64,000 nt of DNA from a virus, in IMG/VR virus record IMGVR_UViG_3300009159_000033. One strand, given 5' to 3'. Positions 24,807 to 35,129 of this stretch are shown piece after piece; position 1 is the stretch's first letter; each line of letters opens with the position of its first letter. The notes under the pieces are model-generated. The model ran no database searches. It saw only the letters and a list, made by a program, of their open reading frames with translations, and had not been told where the DNA came from. Made by a program: the position numbers and the translations under genes.

Positions 24807-26643
24807 GCAAAGATCGTTAGTTCCTCGCACCTTAGCTTCCTTAAATAGGCAGATGGATCCTGCCAAGGAAGACACAACTCGTAGGGGAGTCCCGATGGGT
24901 AATGTGTGCATCAACCCAAGTCTCTCTAGTGTAAGACTTGAGAATTTGCGCTGCTACACTGGTGGCAAAACAGTATTGCGAGTATGGCCTATGTTGGATC
25001 CAGAAGATCCAAGTAACAAGCTGCTCAATGGTAGGCTATCTGCCATTGATATGGCTGGGCTTGGTGGCATGTCGGTTTCGGAACCTGCGTACACAATCCA
25101 GTATGCGGGCATTAAAAGGGACACTCCACACTTCGGTGGCAATGGGGAGTTTCAGCAATGCAGTTATATTATTGCACGCAACAAAAGCTCTGTTTACGAA
25201 GGTGTAACCTTCTGGAACGAGCCTTATGTAAAGCTTTATATGACAGTTAAAAAGGCATTTGAAGGTAAAGACTTCGGATATGGTGGTGTTTATGACGCAA
25301 AATGGAATGGCTTGATGAGTGCAAAAATGCCCGCTCTTGGGGCTTTCACTCAGAAGTATTTCGTCATTGCTTCTGTGTACGAAAATGGGGATTCGCTTGA
25401 TTTGCTGCGTGAGCATATCTCATACAAACAGCAAGGCAAGGATGTGTCGAAAGACATACCACGCAATGGTATCCCACTAGGTGAAGGTGAGAACGATCCT
25501 TTAGTTGTTATCCCTATGTCTGTATCTGCTGGCAGAAATCTGCTTAAGCTTTGTTGCATTGAAAAGCAAGAGTGGGTAGGGGATGAACAAGCAAACCCTA
25601 GTCTTCCCTTTAAATACGGCGATCCTACTGGTATCTTTGATGCCAAAACAGGAACTGTTAAAGGTGGATTGTTCTTTACAATCTACAACCCAACCAAGGA
25701 AGTAGTTGACAAGCACAGTACATTTGCAGGTGGTGCAACCAGCAAGATGGCTGTGGAATACGAAGCAGCTGTTAGCACTAAATATTCAGGTCCAACGGGA
25801 GTTTTGACTCCAGACTTGAGTAGTGCCCAAGTTGATCACATTCTTAGTAAGAATGTGTTCTTGTGGAAAGAAAATGCAGGTGACCCTGCTGATTCTTACC
25901 TACTGCATGAGCCAACGATTGAAGAAAGGTGCGTGTTGATTGCGAAAGCATTTCGACAAGTACCAAAACTTCTCGAGTTTGGTTGGATGAGCCACCCAGA
26001 GTATCTAAACTTTGATGCGGTGGCTGGCATTCTAAACAACCGTGTGGTGACCTCGGGGGTTGCTAATATGGTCGAGGAGGATAGTGAGGAAGATTTGCCG
26101 GTTTATCCAAAGGTTAATCCTTTGGCAAAACCAAAGGTGGTTGCAGCTAAGGCGGGCGTTACCAACAGCCCTAACCTTGCTAAACCATCCAGTGGCAAAA
26201 AATCCGCTGCAGAACTCGTAGATGAGTTTGACGAAGAACTCGACGAGGATAAGTTGGATGACGAGGAGTCTGATGATGAGTTTGCAACAGGATCTATCGG
26301 GAATGCGAAAGTCAGCAAAAGTAAGTCCAAAGACGAAGACTTCGGTGACGAAGAGTTCGACGAAGACGAGCTTGAAGAAGACGACGACAGCGAAGAAGCT
26401 GACCCCAAAGAAGACGACGAAGACAGCGAAGACGATGACGACTTCGTTGACGAAGACGAAGAAAACAGCAAGTCCAAAGACTTCGATGAAGACGAAGAAG
26501 CCAGCGAAACGCTAAACGACCAGCTGAACAACAGCTTGGCCAAAGCAAAAGGGCTGGCTCGAAGCCGTAAACGAATTGCGCCTATTCCAGCAAAAGAAGT
26601 GGCACCCGCTCCTTCTCCTGTTAAGAAAAAGCGTCCTCGTTAA
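24799..26643 (+). CDS. Hypothetical protein with long acidic C-terminal tract (possibly SSB-like)
   Basis: 614 aa; D/E-rich tail of about 100 residues; lies between tmk and recA. Function is inferred from position only. Confidence 0.6.
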   Translation: MRKQRSLVPRTLASLNRQMDPAKEDTTRRGVPMGNVCINPSLSSVRLENLRCYTGGKTVLRVWPMLDPEDPSNKLLNGRLSAIDMAGLGGMSVSEPAYTIQYAGIKRDTPHFGGNGEFQQCSYIIARNKSSVYEGVTFWNEPYVKLYMTVKKAFEGKDFGYGGVYDAKWNGLMSAKMPALGAFTQKYFVIASVYENGDSLDLLREHISYKQQGKDVSKDIPRNGIPLGEGENDPLVVIPMSVSAGRNLLKLCCIEKQEWVGDEQANPSLPFKYGDPTGIFDAKTGTVKGGLFFTIYNPTKEVVDKHSTFAGGATSKMAVEYEAAVSTKYSGPTGVLTPDLSSAQVDHILSKNVFLWKENAGDPADSYLLHEPTIEERCVLIAKAFRQVPKLLEFGWMSHPEYLNFDAVAGILNNRVVTSGVANMVEEDSEEDLPVYPKVNPLAKPKVVAAKAGVTNSPNLAKPSSGKKSAAELVDEFDEELDEDKLDDEESDDEFATGSIGNAKVSKSKSKDEDFGDEEFDEDELEEDDDSEEADPKEDDEDSEDDDDFVDEDEENSKSKDFDEDEEASETLNDQLNNSLAKAKGLARSRKRIAPIPAKEVAPAPSPVKKKRPR

Positions 26644-26663
26644 TTGGCACTACTGTTAATTTC

Positions 26664-26698
26664 AATAAGAGTGGGGTTATCAGCCTCACTCTTATTTT
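26664..26698 (+). terminator. Intrinsic terminator, possibly bidirectional
   Basis: AATAAGAGTGGGG-N7-CCTCACTCTTATT followed by Ts. Confidence 0.75.
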
Positions 26699-26725
26699 CT
26701 ATGTAATTTTATCTGAGGAGTGGTT

Positions 26726-28159
26726 ATGTCAGATGAGACAGATGACTTGCTAGACTCGGTTTTAAATCCGCCAATTCAACCTGCAAAGAAATCAAAAGTT
26801 AAACTTAAAGAAGCTAAAATTGATGTGCCTACTCCGAGCAACAAAGACACTGAACCGAAGAAAAAGATTATAGGTTTGTCCGGTGGGGTTAAGCTTACTA
26901 ACAAAGGTAAAGACACTTTACGAGCACGCTGGTCTAGAGAGAAGAGCGGGGAAAGCCGTAATGAGATGATGAATACTTTATTCTCAACCGCTCGAGATAA
27001 ATTTGGAGCAGATCGAGTGTTTGGTTCACGAGAAGAGTTAGGACAATTGGCAATTGGTATCCCAACTCCTTCCTTGGCATTTGAATACTTGATTGCCAAT
27101 GATGTGTTCCCGCTGTCAAGCGTGATGATGCTTGCGGGTAGCTGGGGTAGTTGTAAGTCTGCGTTGGCTTATGAGTTCTTTCGTTGGTTCTACGAGCAGC
27201 GAGGGTTAGCGGTACATATCGATACCGAAGATAAATTTGATGCAGATTTTGCATGCGACATCATGCGTGTGGAACGAGATGCTATTCCAATCTTATCTAA
27301 CCGAGCAAACTCTGTAGAACAGATGCAGCAGATCCTTACGCATTATTTAAGGGAAGTGCAGCAGATGCTGGTAGGTACTGCTACTGAGCCTGGCCCAGGC
27401 AAAACCATACCATGTTGTTTTTGCATTGACTCTCTTGCTGGTGCAACTTCTGAAGAGATTCAAGAGAAAATTATCAAGGAAGGTAATGCAGGGCGAACTC
27501 ACCCAATCAATGCATTGAAGAATACTCACTACTTAACTGGCATCAAAAAGCAGTTTGAGAACTGGCCCTTCACTCTTTTGATTGTTAATCATCTTAAGGA
27601 AAAAACAGATGATCGAGGTAATGCTCACCAGTATACCTTGGGTGGCCAAAGCTTTAACTTCCATGAAAGCTTTGAGCTTCGAAATTCGGTGTGGAGATCT
27701 AAGTTTAAAAACGCACAGTTTGAAGGGTTAGGCATTAAAATCCATTGTGCTAAGAACTCATTTGGTCCCACAGGTCGTGCGCTTAAAACTAGGTTCCTAT
27801 GGTGGATCGAAGATGAACCCGAAACAGGTCACCCTCGTGATATGTTCCTATGGGACTGGAACTGGGCATTGTGTACCTTGCTGAATGAAATGGATGGAAT
27901 TCATAAAGTAAGGTTGACGGATCGAGAGCTAGTAATTAAATGTAAGTCTCCAGCTGCTGATGTTGAATGCTTAGCAAACTTTAGAGCAATTGGTATGGGT
28001 AAAGATGAATATCTGCCTTTTCAAGAAGTTGGGCAACTTATTCAAGATAATCCTAAAGTATGCGATGGCATCAGAGATGCCTTGAATATTAAACGCAGGT
28101 ATCAGCTAGACAGACCGTATGATGAGATTGTGGCTAAACACATAAAATCAGCGGAGTAA
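26726..28159 (+). CDS. recA: RecA/UvsX-like recombinase
   Basis: GSWGSCKS Walker A, IDTE, CIDSLA, VNH, KNSFGP. Confidence 0.82.
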   Translation: MSDETDDLLDSVLNPPIQPAKKSKVKLKEAKIDVPTPSNKDTEPKKKIIGLSGGVKLTNKGKDTLRARWSREKSGESRNEMMNTLFSTARDKFGADRVFGSREELGQLAIGIPTPSLAFEYLIANDVFPLSSVMMLAGSWGSCKSALAYEFFRWFYEQRGLAVHIDTEDKFDADFACDIMRVERDAIPILSNRANSVEQMQQILTHYLREVQQMLVGTATEPGPGKTIPCCFCIDSLAGATSEEIQEKIIKEGNAGRTHPINALKNTHYLTGIKKQFENWPFTLLIVNHLKEKTDDRGNAHQYTLGGQSFNFHESFELRNSVWRSKFKNAQFEGLGIKIHCAKNSFGPTGRALKTRFLWWIEDEPETGHPRDMFLWDWNWALCTLLNEMDGIHKVRLTDRELVIKCKSPAADVECLANFRAIGMGKDEYLPFQEVGQLIQDNPKVCDGIRDALNIKRRYQLDRPYDEIVAKHIKSAE

Positions 28160-28162
28160 CCC

Positions 28163-28717
28163 ATGGATAAGATAAACCCATTAAATCCACTGCTCAGCAA
28201 GATCGCTAAGTTTGAGCAAGTGGATACACATGGTAAACAATGGGAATCTAATCGAGTAGAATGGACTTTACGAAGATTAAAGTTAGAGAAGAAACGAAAA
28301 GAAATCTTAGATCTAGGACCTTACTATTCTTTTGAAGCCTATAATCAAGTAGTTAATTTCCCGATGTACTTATTTGCGGAACCATTATTAAATGTTCCTC
28401 CAATTCATCGAGACCCTAGAACTATTCATCCTTTTTGGTTTAAAGCTTTTCGTGGGCTTCCCTTTGTGGAACGCTACGAAGAACAACTGGAACCTTTGCT
28501 AGCAAAGTACCCAGATCGCCCTATTGGTATGGTGTTCCCACGGAAGGGTTTCCTACAAGGATTGTTGATTCATAATGGTGACTGGGAATTGTTCGCACCG
28601 CTGCAAGCCAGCTGCCATATTTTTAAAAGCGGTAAAAAGAGAGAGATGAATCTAATTGTACAGCCGTACAGTGGATTCATCGACCATGTACGAGATGTTC
28701 TCGCATGGAAAGAATAA
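28163..28717 (+). CDS. Hypothetical protein
   Basis: GGAG RBS; 184 aa. Confidence 0.75.
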   Translation: MDKINPLNPLLSKIAKFEQVDTHGKQWESNRVEWTLRRLKLEKKRKEILDLGPYYSFEAYNQVVNFPMYLFAEPLLNVPPIHRDPRTIHPFWFKAFRGLPFVERYEEQLEPLLAKYPDRPIGMVFPRKGFLQGLLIHNGDWELFAPLQASCHIFKSGKKREMNLIVQPYSGFIDHVRDVLAWKE

Positions 28718-28747
28718 GTTTAAAATCCAGATTTTAAGGAACGCACT

Positions 28748-29686
28748 ATGAGTAAGACAAAATCAGTGACACCAAACAAGTTAGTAAGGTTAGATGTAAA
28801 GAAACAGGAAGATAGAGAAGCCATCTTTTCGGAGATGGACCCAACAACGCAAGCAATTGCTTTAGAGGTGGGAAAGAAGCTCCAAGTAGGATTTCAAGTT
28901 GCACTGTTAGTACAGCATGATATTGGCACATCAGTCTTAAATCTGCTCAACCAAGAGCATTTAAATGAGGCACAGAAAAAGACTGAGATAAGAAAGCTGG
29001 CAGCGTATTGGAATTTACCAACGCTTACCCCAGCTACGATCTATGATCTTTCCAATGTTTCTGCTGCGTTCACCCGTGACTTTGTTAAAGCACAGGTTGA
29101 AGAAAAGATGTCTAATGGTGGCTATCTGACATGGAATCACTTCAAAGAATTGCAGAAGGTTGGTTCAGAAAAGCGACAGTTGGCATTGCTTAAGCAAGTG
29201 CGAAGAGAATGCTTATCCGCAAATGAGCTTGCACTTGAATTGCAGGGTAATAAGGAAGCTGAAGTAAAGCGGTCCGGTGGTCGCAAGCCTAAGTTACCAA
29301 GAACACCTGTAGCGATGCTCCAGAAGATCTACACTACCATCCAGCTAGCTGATAACTACTTGGAAGCAGTAGCTGAGCCTCTTGATGGCATGTTCATGGA
29401 AATGCCACCACAAGAAGTGTCTGAGCAGTTTGTGAGCAACATTAAGAACACGATGGAGCGTATTGGTAAGACTAAGAACCAATTAATCAGCACAATGGAA
29501 AAGCTTTCCAAAGTGCTTGAGCGTTCCCAGAGTGTGTTGATTAAGCAAGCTCAGCTTCCATTAAGTAAGAATGTAATGGCTTTAGCTGCTAAGAAATCAG
29601 TTGAAGAACTTGATGAGCTACCTGAGATAATTGAATTGCCCGAAGCTCCAGCGAAAAGGCAGTTAAGAGGCCGGTCACCCCGCTAA
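28748..29686 (+). CDS. Hypothetical, largely helical protein
   Basis: 312-aa ORF; AAGGA RBS preceded by the palindromic motif. Confidence 0.78.
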   Translation: MSKTKSVTPNKLVRLDVKKQEDREAIFSEMDPTTQAIALEVGKKLQVGFQVALLVQHDIGTSVLNLLNQEHLNEAQKKTEIRKLAAYWNLPTLTPATIYDLSNVSAAFTRDFVKAQVEEKMSNGGYLTWNHFKELQKVGSEKRQLALLKQVRRECLSANELALELQGNKEAEVKRSGGRKPKLPRTPVAMLQKIYTTIQLADNYLEAVAEPLDGMFMEMPPQEVSEQFVSNIKNTMERIGKTKNQLISTMEKLSKVLERSQSVLIKQAQLPLSKNVMALAAKKSVEELDELPEIIELPEAPAKRQLRGRSPR

Positions 29687-29700
29687 CAATAGCTAAAATA

Positions 29701-29738
29701 AAAAGGCTCACAGTATTAACACTGTGGGCCTTTTTTTT
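29701..29738 (+). terminator. Intrinsic terminator
   Basis: AAAAGGCTCACAGT-N6-ACTGTGGGCC followed by T8. Confidence 0.85.
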
Positions 29739-29762
29739 AGCTATTATCTAAAGGAGTTATTT

Positions 29763-30581
29763 ATGTTTTCTGTGTGTGCACTTCTGTATGGAGATTACCC
29801 AAATCTGGCGAAAGATTTGTTAAGTTCTTTTAGATATACCGCACATATACAAGATATTCGTCTCGGTTTAAATGCAGTTAGTAGGGAAACTAAAGAATAT
29901 GTAGAAGGTTGGGCAACAAAACAAATGCGTAGTTGTCCCGTTTATATTTACGAAGAAGAACAAGGAAAAAACTTAGGTAAGTATCCTTTAATGCGACAGA
30001 TGTTTAAAGATAGACAGTTAGCACCTAAGACAATGTGGTTTGATGATGATAGTTTTTTAGACGCAACTTACACGGATTGGTGGGATAAAGCTTTAGCAAT
30101 GAGCCAGCATCATACTCAAATTGGATCTTTACATAAAATGCCGCAGCAAGGTCTTCAGTATGAAGTAATTGCTAAACAGCCTTGGTTTACTGGAAAACCA
30201 TTTAACAACCGTAGCCTATATTTATTTGCCACAGGTGGTTGGTGGGTTGCAGATACTGCATTTTTAGCTAAATGGGATTATCCTTTTGCAGACTTATACC
30301 ATAATGGTGGCGATTCTATTTTAGGAGAGTTGATAAGGCAGCAAGGTGGCAGCGTAGGTGAGTTTCATAAAGGAGTGCAATGCTGTTGCGATAGTTGTCT
30401 TAAAAATTACATAAAACTACATGCAGTAGTTAGGATCAATGTCGGGGGTAGAAATGGTAGACGGGGGATAGGTAAAACCTCTGAACAAACTCTTTGGAAA
30501 GATGGTAATGTTACCCCCTCGCTTGAACATCAAGCATTTAATTTAAAAATAACTAGATATGAAAAAGGAGGAGTTGAATGA
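29763..30581 (+). CDS. Glycosyltransferase-like protein (GT-A)
   Basis: KYPLMR, MWFDDDSF, TGGWW, NGGD..LGE; AAGGAG RBS. Confidence 0.55.
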   Translation: MFSVCALLYGDYPNLAKDLLSSFRYTAHIQDIRLGLNAVSRETKEYVEGWATKQMRSCPVYIYEEEQGKNLGKYPLMRQMFKDRQLAPKTMWFDDDSFLDATYTDWWDKALAMSQHHTQIGSLHKMPQQGLQYEVIAKQPWFTGKPFNNRSLYLFATGGWWVADTAFLAKWDYPFADLYHNGGDSILGELIRQQGGSVGEFHKGVQCCCDSCLKNYIKLHAVVRINVGGRNGRRGIGKTSEQTLWKDGNVTPSLEHQAFNLKITRYEKGGVE

Positions 30582-31492
30582 CTATTGCAGAAGAACATCC
30601 TCCTTTACCGGAGATGTCAATTAAGCGGGTGCTGGCGACTCGAGATAGGCTAATAGGTACTTTGGCCTCTTTTATAAGCACTACATTAGTAGGCCCTAAT
30701 TTTGCTTCTTTTGTGTCACAGCTACATACTGCCTTACCGGACAACATTCTTAAAACTACGGTATATGCCAGCGTTAAAAGCTTAGTAGGTAGAGAGCTGA
30801 CTCGTCCGCTATTGGTAGCTACTTGTTGGCGGATGGCCGGTAATTTACCCGCACTAGCTTGCCAACGACCTGTTACGCAATGGTTACATCAAGCGTGTTT
30901 CGAGTGGATTCCGGCGCGCATATGTGATGTATGTACACATAAGCAATCTAAACAATTTGTAAATGCTTTTACTTTTCAAAGCCTAGCAGGAACTGTAGTG
31001 CCTAAAAAGTTAACGCAAACTTGGTCTTTCAAAAAAACACAGTATTTGGCAACTTACCGTAATGCGAAGGGATTAGGTTTTGGGTTTAATAGGTCCCGCA
31101 TAAACAGTAGAGGGGAACAGCGTAACCAAGGGTTGTACTCTGATTTGCAGCAATTTTATGGGTTACAGTGTTTTCTACTACTTGATCCAAAACGCTCACA
31201 GCAAGACCCTTTTGTAATAGAAATTGGACACAGTCATGCTACAATGACGCACAATCGTCAACTGATTGTGGCGAGAGATAGAAGTCAGACACCCTGCTTG
31301 AAAGGATTTCCAGAGACACACGAATGTTTTCGTTGCCCTTATGGTACTGATAATTGTGCGTTGGCAACGCATCTATTAACTTATAAAAAGGGTAAGTGTA
31401 AAAGGTGTAATCAGTTAAGTTTTTTTAACCCTGCAGAAATAGATCATATTGGGATATGTATCACATGTGCAGACATTGAAAGGAAGTCATGA
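30578..31492 (+). CDS. Hypothetical protein with C-terminal Cys clusters
   Basis: CFRCPYG..NC, CKRC, CITC. Confidence 0.75.
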   Translation: MTIAEEHPPLPEMSIKRVLATRDRLIGTLASFISTTLVGPNFASFVSQLHTALPDNILKTTVYASVKSLVGRELTRPLLVATCWRMAGNLPALACQRPVTQWLHQACFEWIPARICDVCTHKQSKQFVNAFTFQSLAGTVVPKKLTQTWSFKKTQYLATYRNAKGLGFGFNRSRINSRGEQRNQGLYSDLQQFYGLQCFLLLDPKRSQQDPFVIEIGHSHATMTHNRQLIVARDRSQTPCLKGFPETHECFRCPYGTDNCALATHLLTYKKGKCKRCNQLSFFNPAEIDHIGICITCADIERKS

Positions 31493-31998
31493 CACTACAA
31501 GCTAGAATGAGTTCGGAAGATCGCCGGCTTTATAACCCAAGTAGAGATGTTGCTCATAATTTTCAACAAGTTATGGAGCTGGTGGCAGCTAGATTAGAAG
31601 ATCAAAGTTGGCCTGAGCTTGAAGAAATACTCCGTCGGGAGAAAGTAAGCATGGACGATTTAGGGGAAGCTTGCGGAGCTTATTGTTGTTATCTAGCTAA
31701 CGCTGTTGATTCTCCTACCTTGTCTATGTTTGACAGTTTAGCTCAAAGTAAATTCTTCCAGTGCAAACCAGGAGCACAAGTAGCTGTTCTAGCTATGATT
31801 GGTACATGTTATGCTGGTATACATTATGCAGGCATAAGAGAAGCTACAGTTGCTAGTGAAGGTCCAATGCAGACTATTGGCGATTTGCTGAAACATGCCG
31901 AACGATTTCGTAAATACGCTGGTATGTCCAGATGGCAACGCTGGTTTATTAAATGGAAAGCTCGCATATATGCTAGCTTTTCTGCTTTATCAAAGTAA
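31489..31998 (+). CDS. Hypothetical protein
   Basis: 169-aa ORF; ATGA overlap. Confidence 0.72.
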   Translation: MTLQARMSSEDRRLYNPSRDVAHNFQQVMELVAARLEDQSWPELEEILRREKVSMDDLGEACGAYCCYLANAVDSPTLSMFDSLAQSKFFQCKPGAQVAVLAMIGTCYAGIHYAGIREATVASEGPMQTIGDLLKHAERFRKYAGMSRWQRWFIKWKARIYASFSALSK

Positions 31999-32010
31999 GA
32001 AAGTAAGTAA

Positions 32011-32844
32011 ATGATTATTGACGCATGGGGGCAAGAGTTCGCCACAAAGTATGGTAATACTTTACCTAAAAGCTATTTGTGTTTCGACACGGAGTTTACA
32101 GGTAGTAGCGAACAAACTGATCTGATTATGGAAATTGGGCACACAATGGTTGAGGATGGCAGAGTTGTTGATCAACTTAGTCTTGTCCTTAACTGGTATG
32201 ATCATCCTTCTATTACAGAGGATTGGTTAGACTACAAGCTGAACACCATGCGATCTATCGTAGGTGAAGGCTGGCAATTGCTCCCAGCCCATGTGAAGAA
32301 AACTGGTATCAATCCTATACAAGCCTTACAATTCTATTACAAGTTGTTTGATGCGTGGAACAATAGAAATCTTCCATTTGTGGCTCAGAATGGGCAGAAC
32401 GCAGATGAAAGGTTGCTGCGTGGTAACTTTAATAGGTTCTTAAATAAAGGGTTTGAATTACCTTCTGATAATTACTTTGATATAGGTGGCATTTATAAGG
32501 CTACGCAGATATGGGAATCATCAAGCCCTAACTGTGCTAACTTACGAATGGCTGTATTACCTTATAGGTCAGACGACTTAAAAAGTTATTTCAAACGAGT
32601 AATTGGAATAAAAGTAGCTGGAATCAAATGGTCATTACCACTAATACTAGAACAGTATGGGTTGATAGCTAAGCATAGTGTTTCTCCGGAGCAGATGCAT
32701 AGTGCTGGTTTTGACTCATTATGTTTACATTGGATTATGGAAGAATTTAGAACACAGACAAAGAATCAGAAGGAGCTAAGGCCCAAGTCTTCGCAATCTG
32801 ATATGGGGCAGCGTAACTCAACACGGCGACAACGCTTAATATGA
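32011..32844 (+). CDS. DEDDh 3'-5' exonuclease (DnaQ-like)
   Basis: FDTEFTG, AQNG..AD, HSAGFD. Confidence 0.8.
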   Translation: MIIDAWGQEFATKYGNTLPKSYLCFDTEFTGSSEQTDLIMEIGHTMVEDGRVVDQLSLVLNWYDHPSITEDWLDYKLNTMRSIVGEGWQLLPAHVKKTGINPIQALQFYYKLFDAWNNRNLPFVAQNGQNADERLLRGNFNRFLNKGFELPSDNYFDIGGIYKATQIWESSSPNCANLRMAVLPYRSDDLKSYFKRVIGIKVAGIKWSLPLILEQYGLIAKHSVSPEQMHSAGFDSLCLHWIMEEFRTQTKNQKELRPKSSQSDMGQRNSTRRQRLI

Positions 32845-32858
32845 AAGGAAATATAGAT

Positions 32859-33257
32859 ATGGCAAAACGGAAAAATTCTCGCAACAAAGGGGCGGTAGGA
32901 GAACGAGAATTAGCAGCAGAACTAAATAAGTTATTTGGAGCAAAGGCCCGAAGAGGGCAGCAATATAGCGGATTAGAGGGAGAAGATGTTGTTGGGCTAG
33001 ACGGTATACATGTAGAGTGCAAACGAGTTGAGAAATTAAATATTTATGAAGCAGTAGAACAAGCTGTTACTGACTCAAAGTCTGTTAAAATTCCTGCAGT
33101 GTTTCACCGTAGGAATCACAAGCCTTGGTTGGTGACAGTTCGCTTAGATGATATTGAAGCTTTCTCTATCGCACTACAAAAAGTGCTGTCTCAACAAAAA
33201 CCCGCAATTAATTTATTTGAAGCTAATGTAGCAGAGCTGATGAAACAAATGTTGTAA
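32859..33257 (+). CDS. Phage Holliday junction resolvase-like PD-(D/E)xK nuclease
   Basis: SRNKGAVGERELA, EDV, HVECKR. Confidence 0.8.
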   Translation: MAKRKNSRNKGAVGERELAAELNKLFGAKARRGQQYSGLEGEDVVGLDGIHVECKRVEKLNIYEAVEQAVTDSKSVKIPAVFHRRNHKPWLVTVRLDDIEAFSIALQKVLSQQKPAINLFEANVAELMKQML

Positions 33258-33278
33258 ATGATGTTAGTTAATTTATTT

Positions 33279-33294
33279 TAAAATCCGGATTTTA
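33279..33294. promoter_or_regulatory. Perfect palindrome TAAAATCCGGATTTTA, best copy of a recurring motif
   Basis: Directly upstream of an RBS; related copies at 10481, 20495, 28719, 46796, 48213, 62237. Confidence 0.6.
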
Positions 33295-33306
33295 GAAAGG
33301 ATTAGA

Positions 33307-34431
33307 ATGTCAGAAGAAATCAAACCTACAGAACCAGAGGCTAACCCAGTTGCTGAAGCAATTGACCCACAGCTGGTTACCGACATAGAATTAGTTGCAG
33401 CTGTTGCTAATAAATTAGTAGGTAGCCATCCTGGTTTCACCCAGCTCATTGCAAGTATGCTGGCGTCTAGACAATTATATGCCATGTGCCTTTATGAGCT
33501 AGATTGGCTTTGTCGAGATACTGATTTTAGTGCGGTAGACACGGCCCTTGCTGACATGACGGATCAGCAGAGAATTATGTTTAAAGAAGTGCTAATTAAT
33601 GCAGCTGCGGTACAAGCCCAGCAGCCTTTTGATGAACAAGTGCTTTTTGCTGGAATGACTCAAACTGTATTCCCTTGGATGCAGACTGTAGTTAAAAAAC
33701 ACAGTGAGCATCAAGCTGCAGAGAAGAAGAAGGGGAACGAACAAAGAGAAGAGTTGCGTGTTTCTACTCCCATCAACCTTGGATTTCAATTTTATGCCGA
33801 AACCGAAGCAATTGAAACACATGCGATCAATCGGCATAAACCTGTTTTGTTGGTTGGCAAACAAGATGCAGTCCGTTGGCTATTGCATCGAATTACTGAA
33901 AGTGTTTTAACTCCTGCAAGTGGTGCAACGCAACTGACTAGGCTGCTAGAAGGTGCACCTAAAATTACGGACTCGCATCTAGTTAACATTCCCAAAGATG
34001 TGTGGGAGAACTGTGCAAGCAGTAATACAGGCTTTCAAAAGATATATGACTTTTTTGTTTATCCCAAGCTTAATGAACCGGTAGATCTACTGATAGTGGA
34101 TAACTTGTTGCAAACTTGCAAAGGTATGACTTCTATACCTATTACAAGTATCGCTAACGAGGCACAGCGTAGATTTAAAAACTGGGGAGAAAAAGCTGGA
34201 GCTTTAGTTCTTGGCTGCATTCCTTTAGACAGAGAGCTACGAGCAAATGAGCTAAATGGCACAGAGTACGAAACTCTAAGAGTTCATAATATTATTCGAG
34301 GAGTGGTAGCAGAACCTTGCGTAATCAATGATGCTCCTCATTTTAAAATATGTGTAGGTCAGCACGAAGTTGCACAAATTCCAGCTGCAGAGCTAGAAGC
34401 TTTTCACTTTAGTAAAATTATTACAGCTTAG
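33307..34431 (+). CDS. Hypothetical protein
   Basis: 374-aa ORF, AAAGGA RBS. Confidence 0.8.
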   Translation: MSEEIKPTEPEANPVAEAIDPQLVTDIELVAAVANKLVGSHPGFTQLIASMLASRQLYAMCLYELDWLCRDTDFSAVDTALADMTDQQRIMFKEVLINAAAVQAQQPFDEQVLFAGMTQTVFPWMQTVVKKHSEHQAAEKKKGNEQREELRVSTPINLGFQFYAETEAIETHAINRHKPVLLVGKQDAVRWLLHRITESVLTPASGATQLTRLLEGAPKITDSHLVNIPKDVWENCASSNTGFQKIYDFFVYPKLNEPVDLLIVDNLLQTCKGMTSIPITSIANEAQRRFKNWGEKAGALVLGCIPLDRELRANELNGTEYETLRVHNIIRGVVAEPCVINDAPHFKICVGQHEVAQIPAAELEAFHFSKIITA

Positions 34432-34439
34432 GAGGGTTT

Positions 34440-35126
34440 ATGCGTGTATTTGTTAGCTGGGCAGATGTGTCAACTGCTGAAGAAGCAGAAACGGCACGAT
34501 TGGATTGGGTAGAAAAAGCTAAGAAATCTAAAGCTGTAGAAGACAAACAATTTGTAGCTACACTTTCCCCTACTTTATGCTTACCCGAGTACCATGAATA
34601 CCTACAGACGATAAAGCAACAAGAAGGAGCATTTGCACAATTAGACCCGCTTAACCGCAATATTCTCGCAATTCGATTTGTTGTCCCTGCCTTGGAAAAA
34701 GTAGTAACATATCAACTTGCTAAGCGAGTGCCCGGAGATAACAAGTTATCGGTCAGTTTGGCTGCTCGTGCTTTCCTACTAAATACATTTCCAGGGGAAT
34801 GGGTAGGCGAAGCAAATCCTAAGCATGTTGTGTTTGTAGGAATGCAGGGTTTAAAACATTTTATGCAAAGATTTGCATATGCATGTGGGGCACTCGGTCA
34901 AGCACTTCCTTCAAGTTTATGGTTTAACAGCCCACAAATAGAATTGGCAGATGCTATTTCCGCTCGAGAGCTGATAGATGCTTGTGCTTTTGTACAGTCA
35001 ACCATTGAAACCAAGCAGCCATACTTATCATTGACACAAGGTTGGATGGGCATAGGGGCTAGCGCAGACCGTGATAGCTCCTTACTATTAGCCACAGCTT
35101 TTAAGCTAGGGCTTGGTGGTGTTTAA
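34440..35126 (+). CDS. Hypothetical protein
   Basis: GGAGG RBS; 228 aa. Confidence 0.78.
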   Translation: MRVFVSWADVSTAEEAETARLDWVEKAKKSKAVEDKQFVATLSPTLCLPEYHEYLQTIKQQEGAFAQLDPLNRNILAIRFVVPALEKVVTYQLAKRVPGDNKLSVSLAARAFLLNTFPGEWVGEANPKHVVFVGMQGLKHFMQRFAYACGALGQALPSSLWFNSPQIELADAISARELIDACAFVQSTIETKQPYLSLTQGWMGIGASADRDSSLLLATAFKLGLGGV

Positions 35127-35129
35127 ACT

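Noticed and set aside
26103-26548. Ser-rich and Arg/Leu-rich minus-strand ORFs
   Set aside because: Antisense shadows of the GAC/GAA acidic tract.
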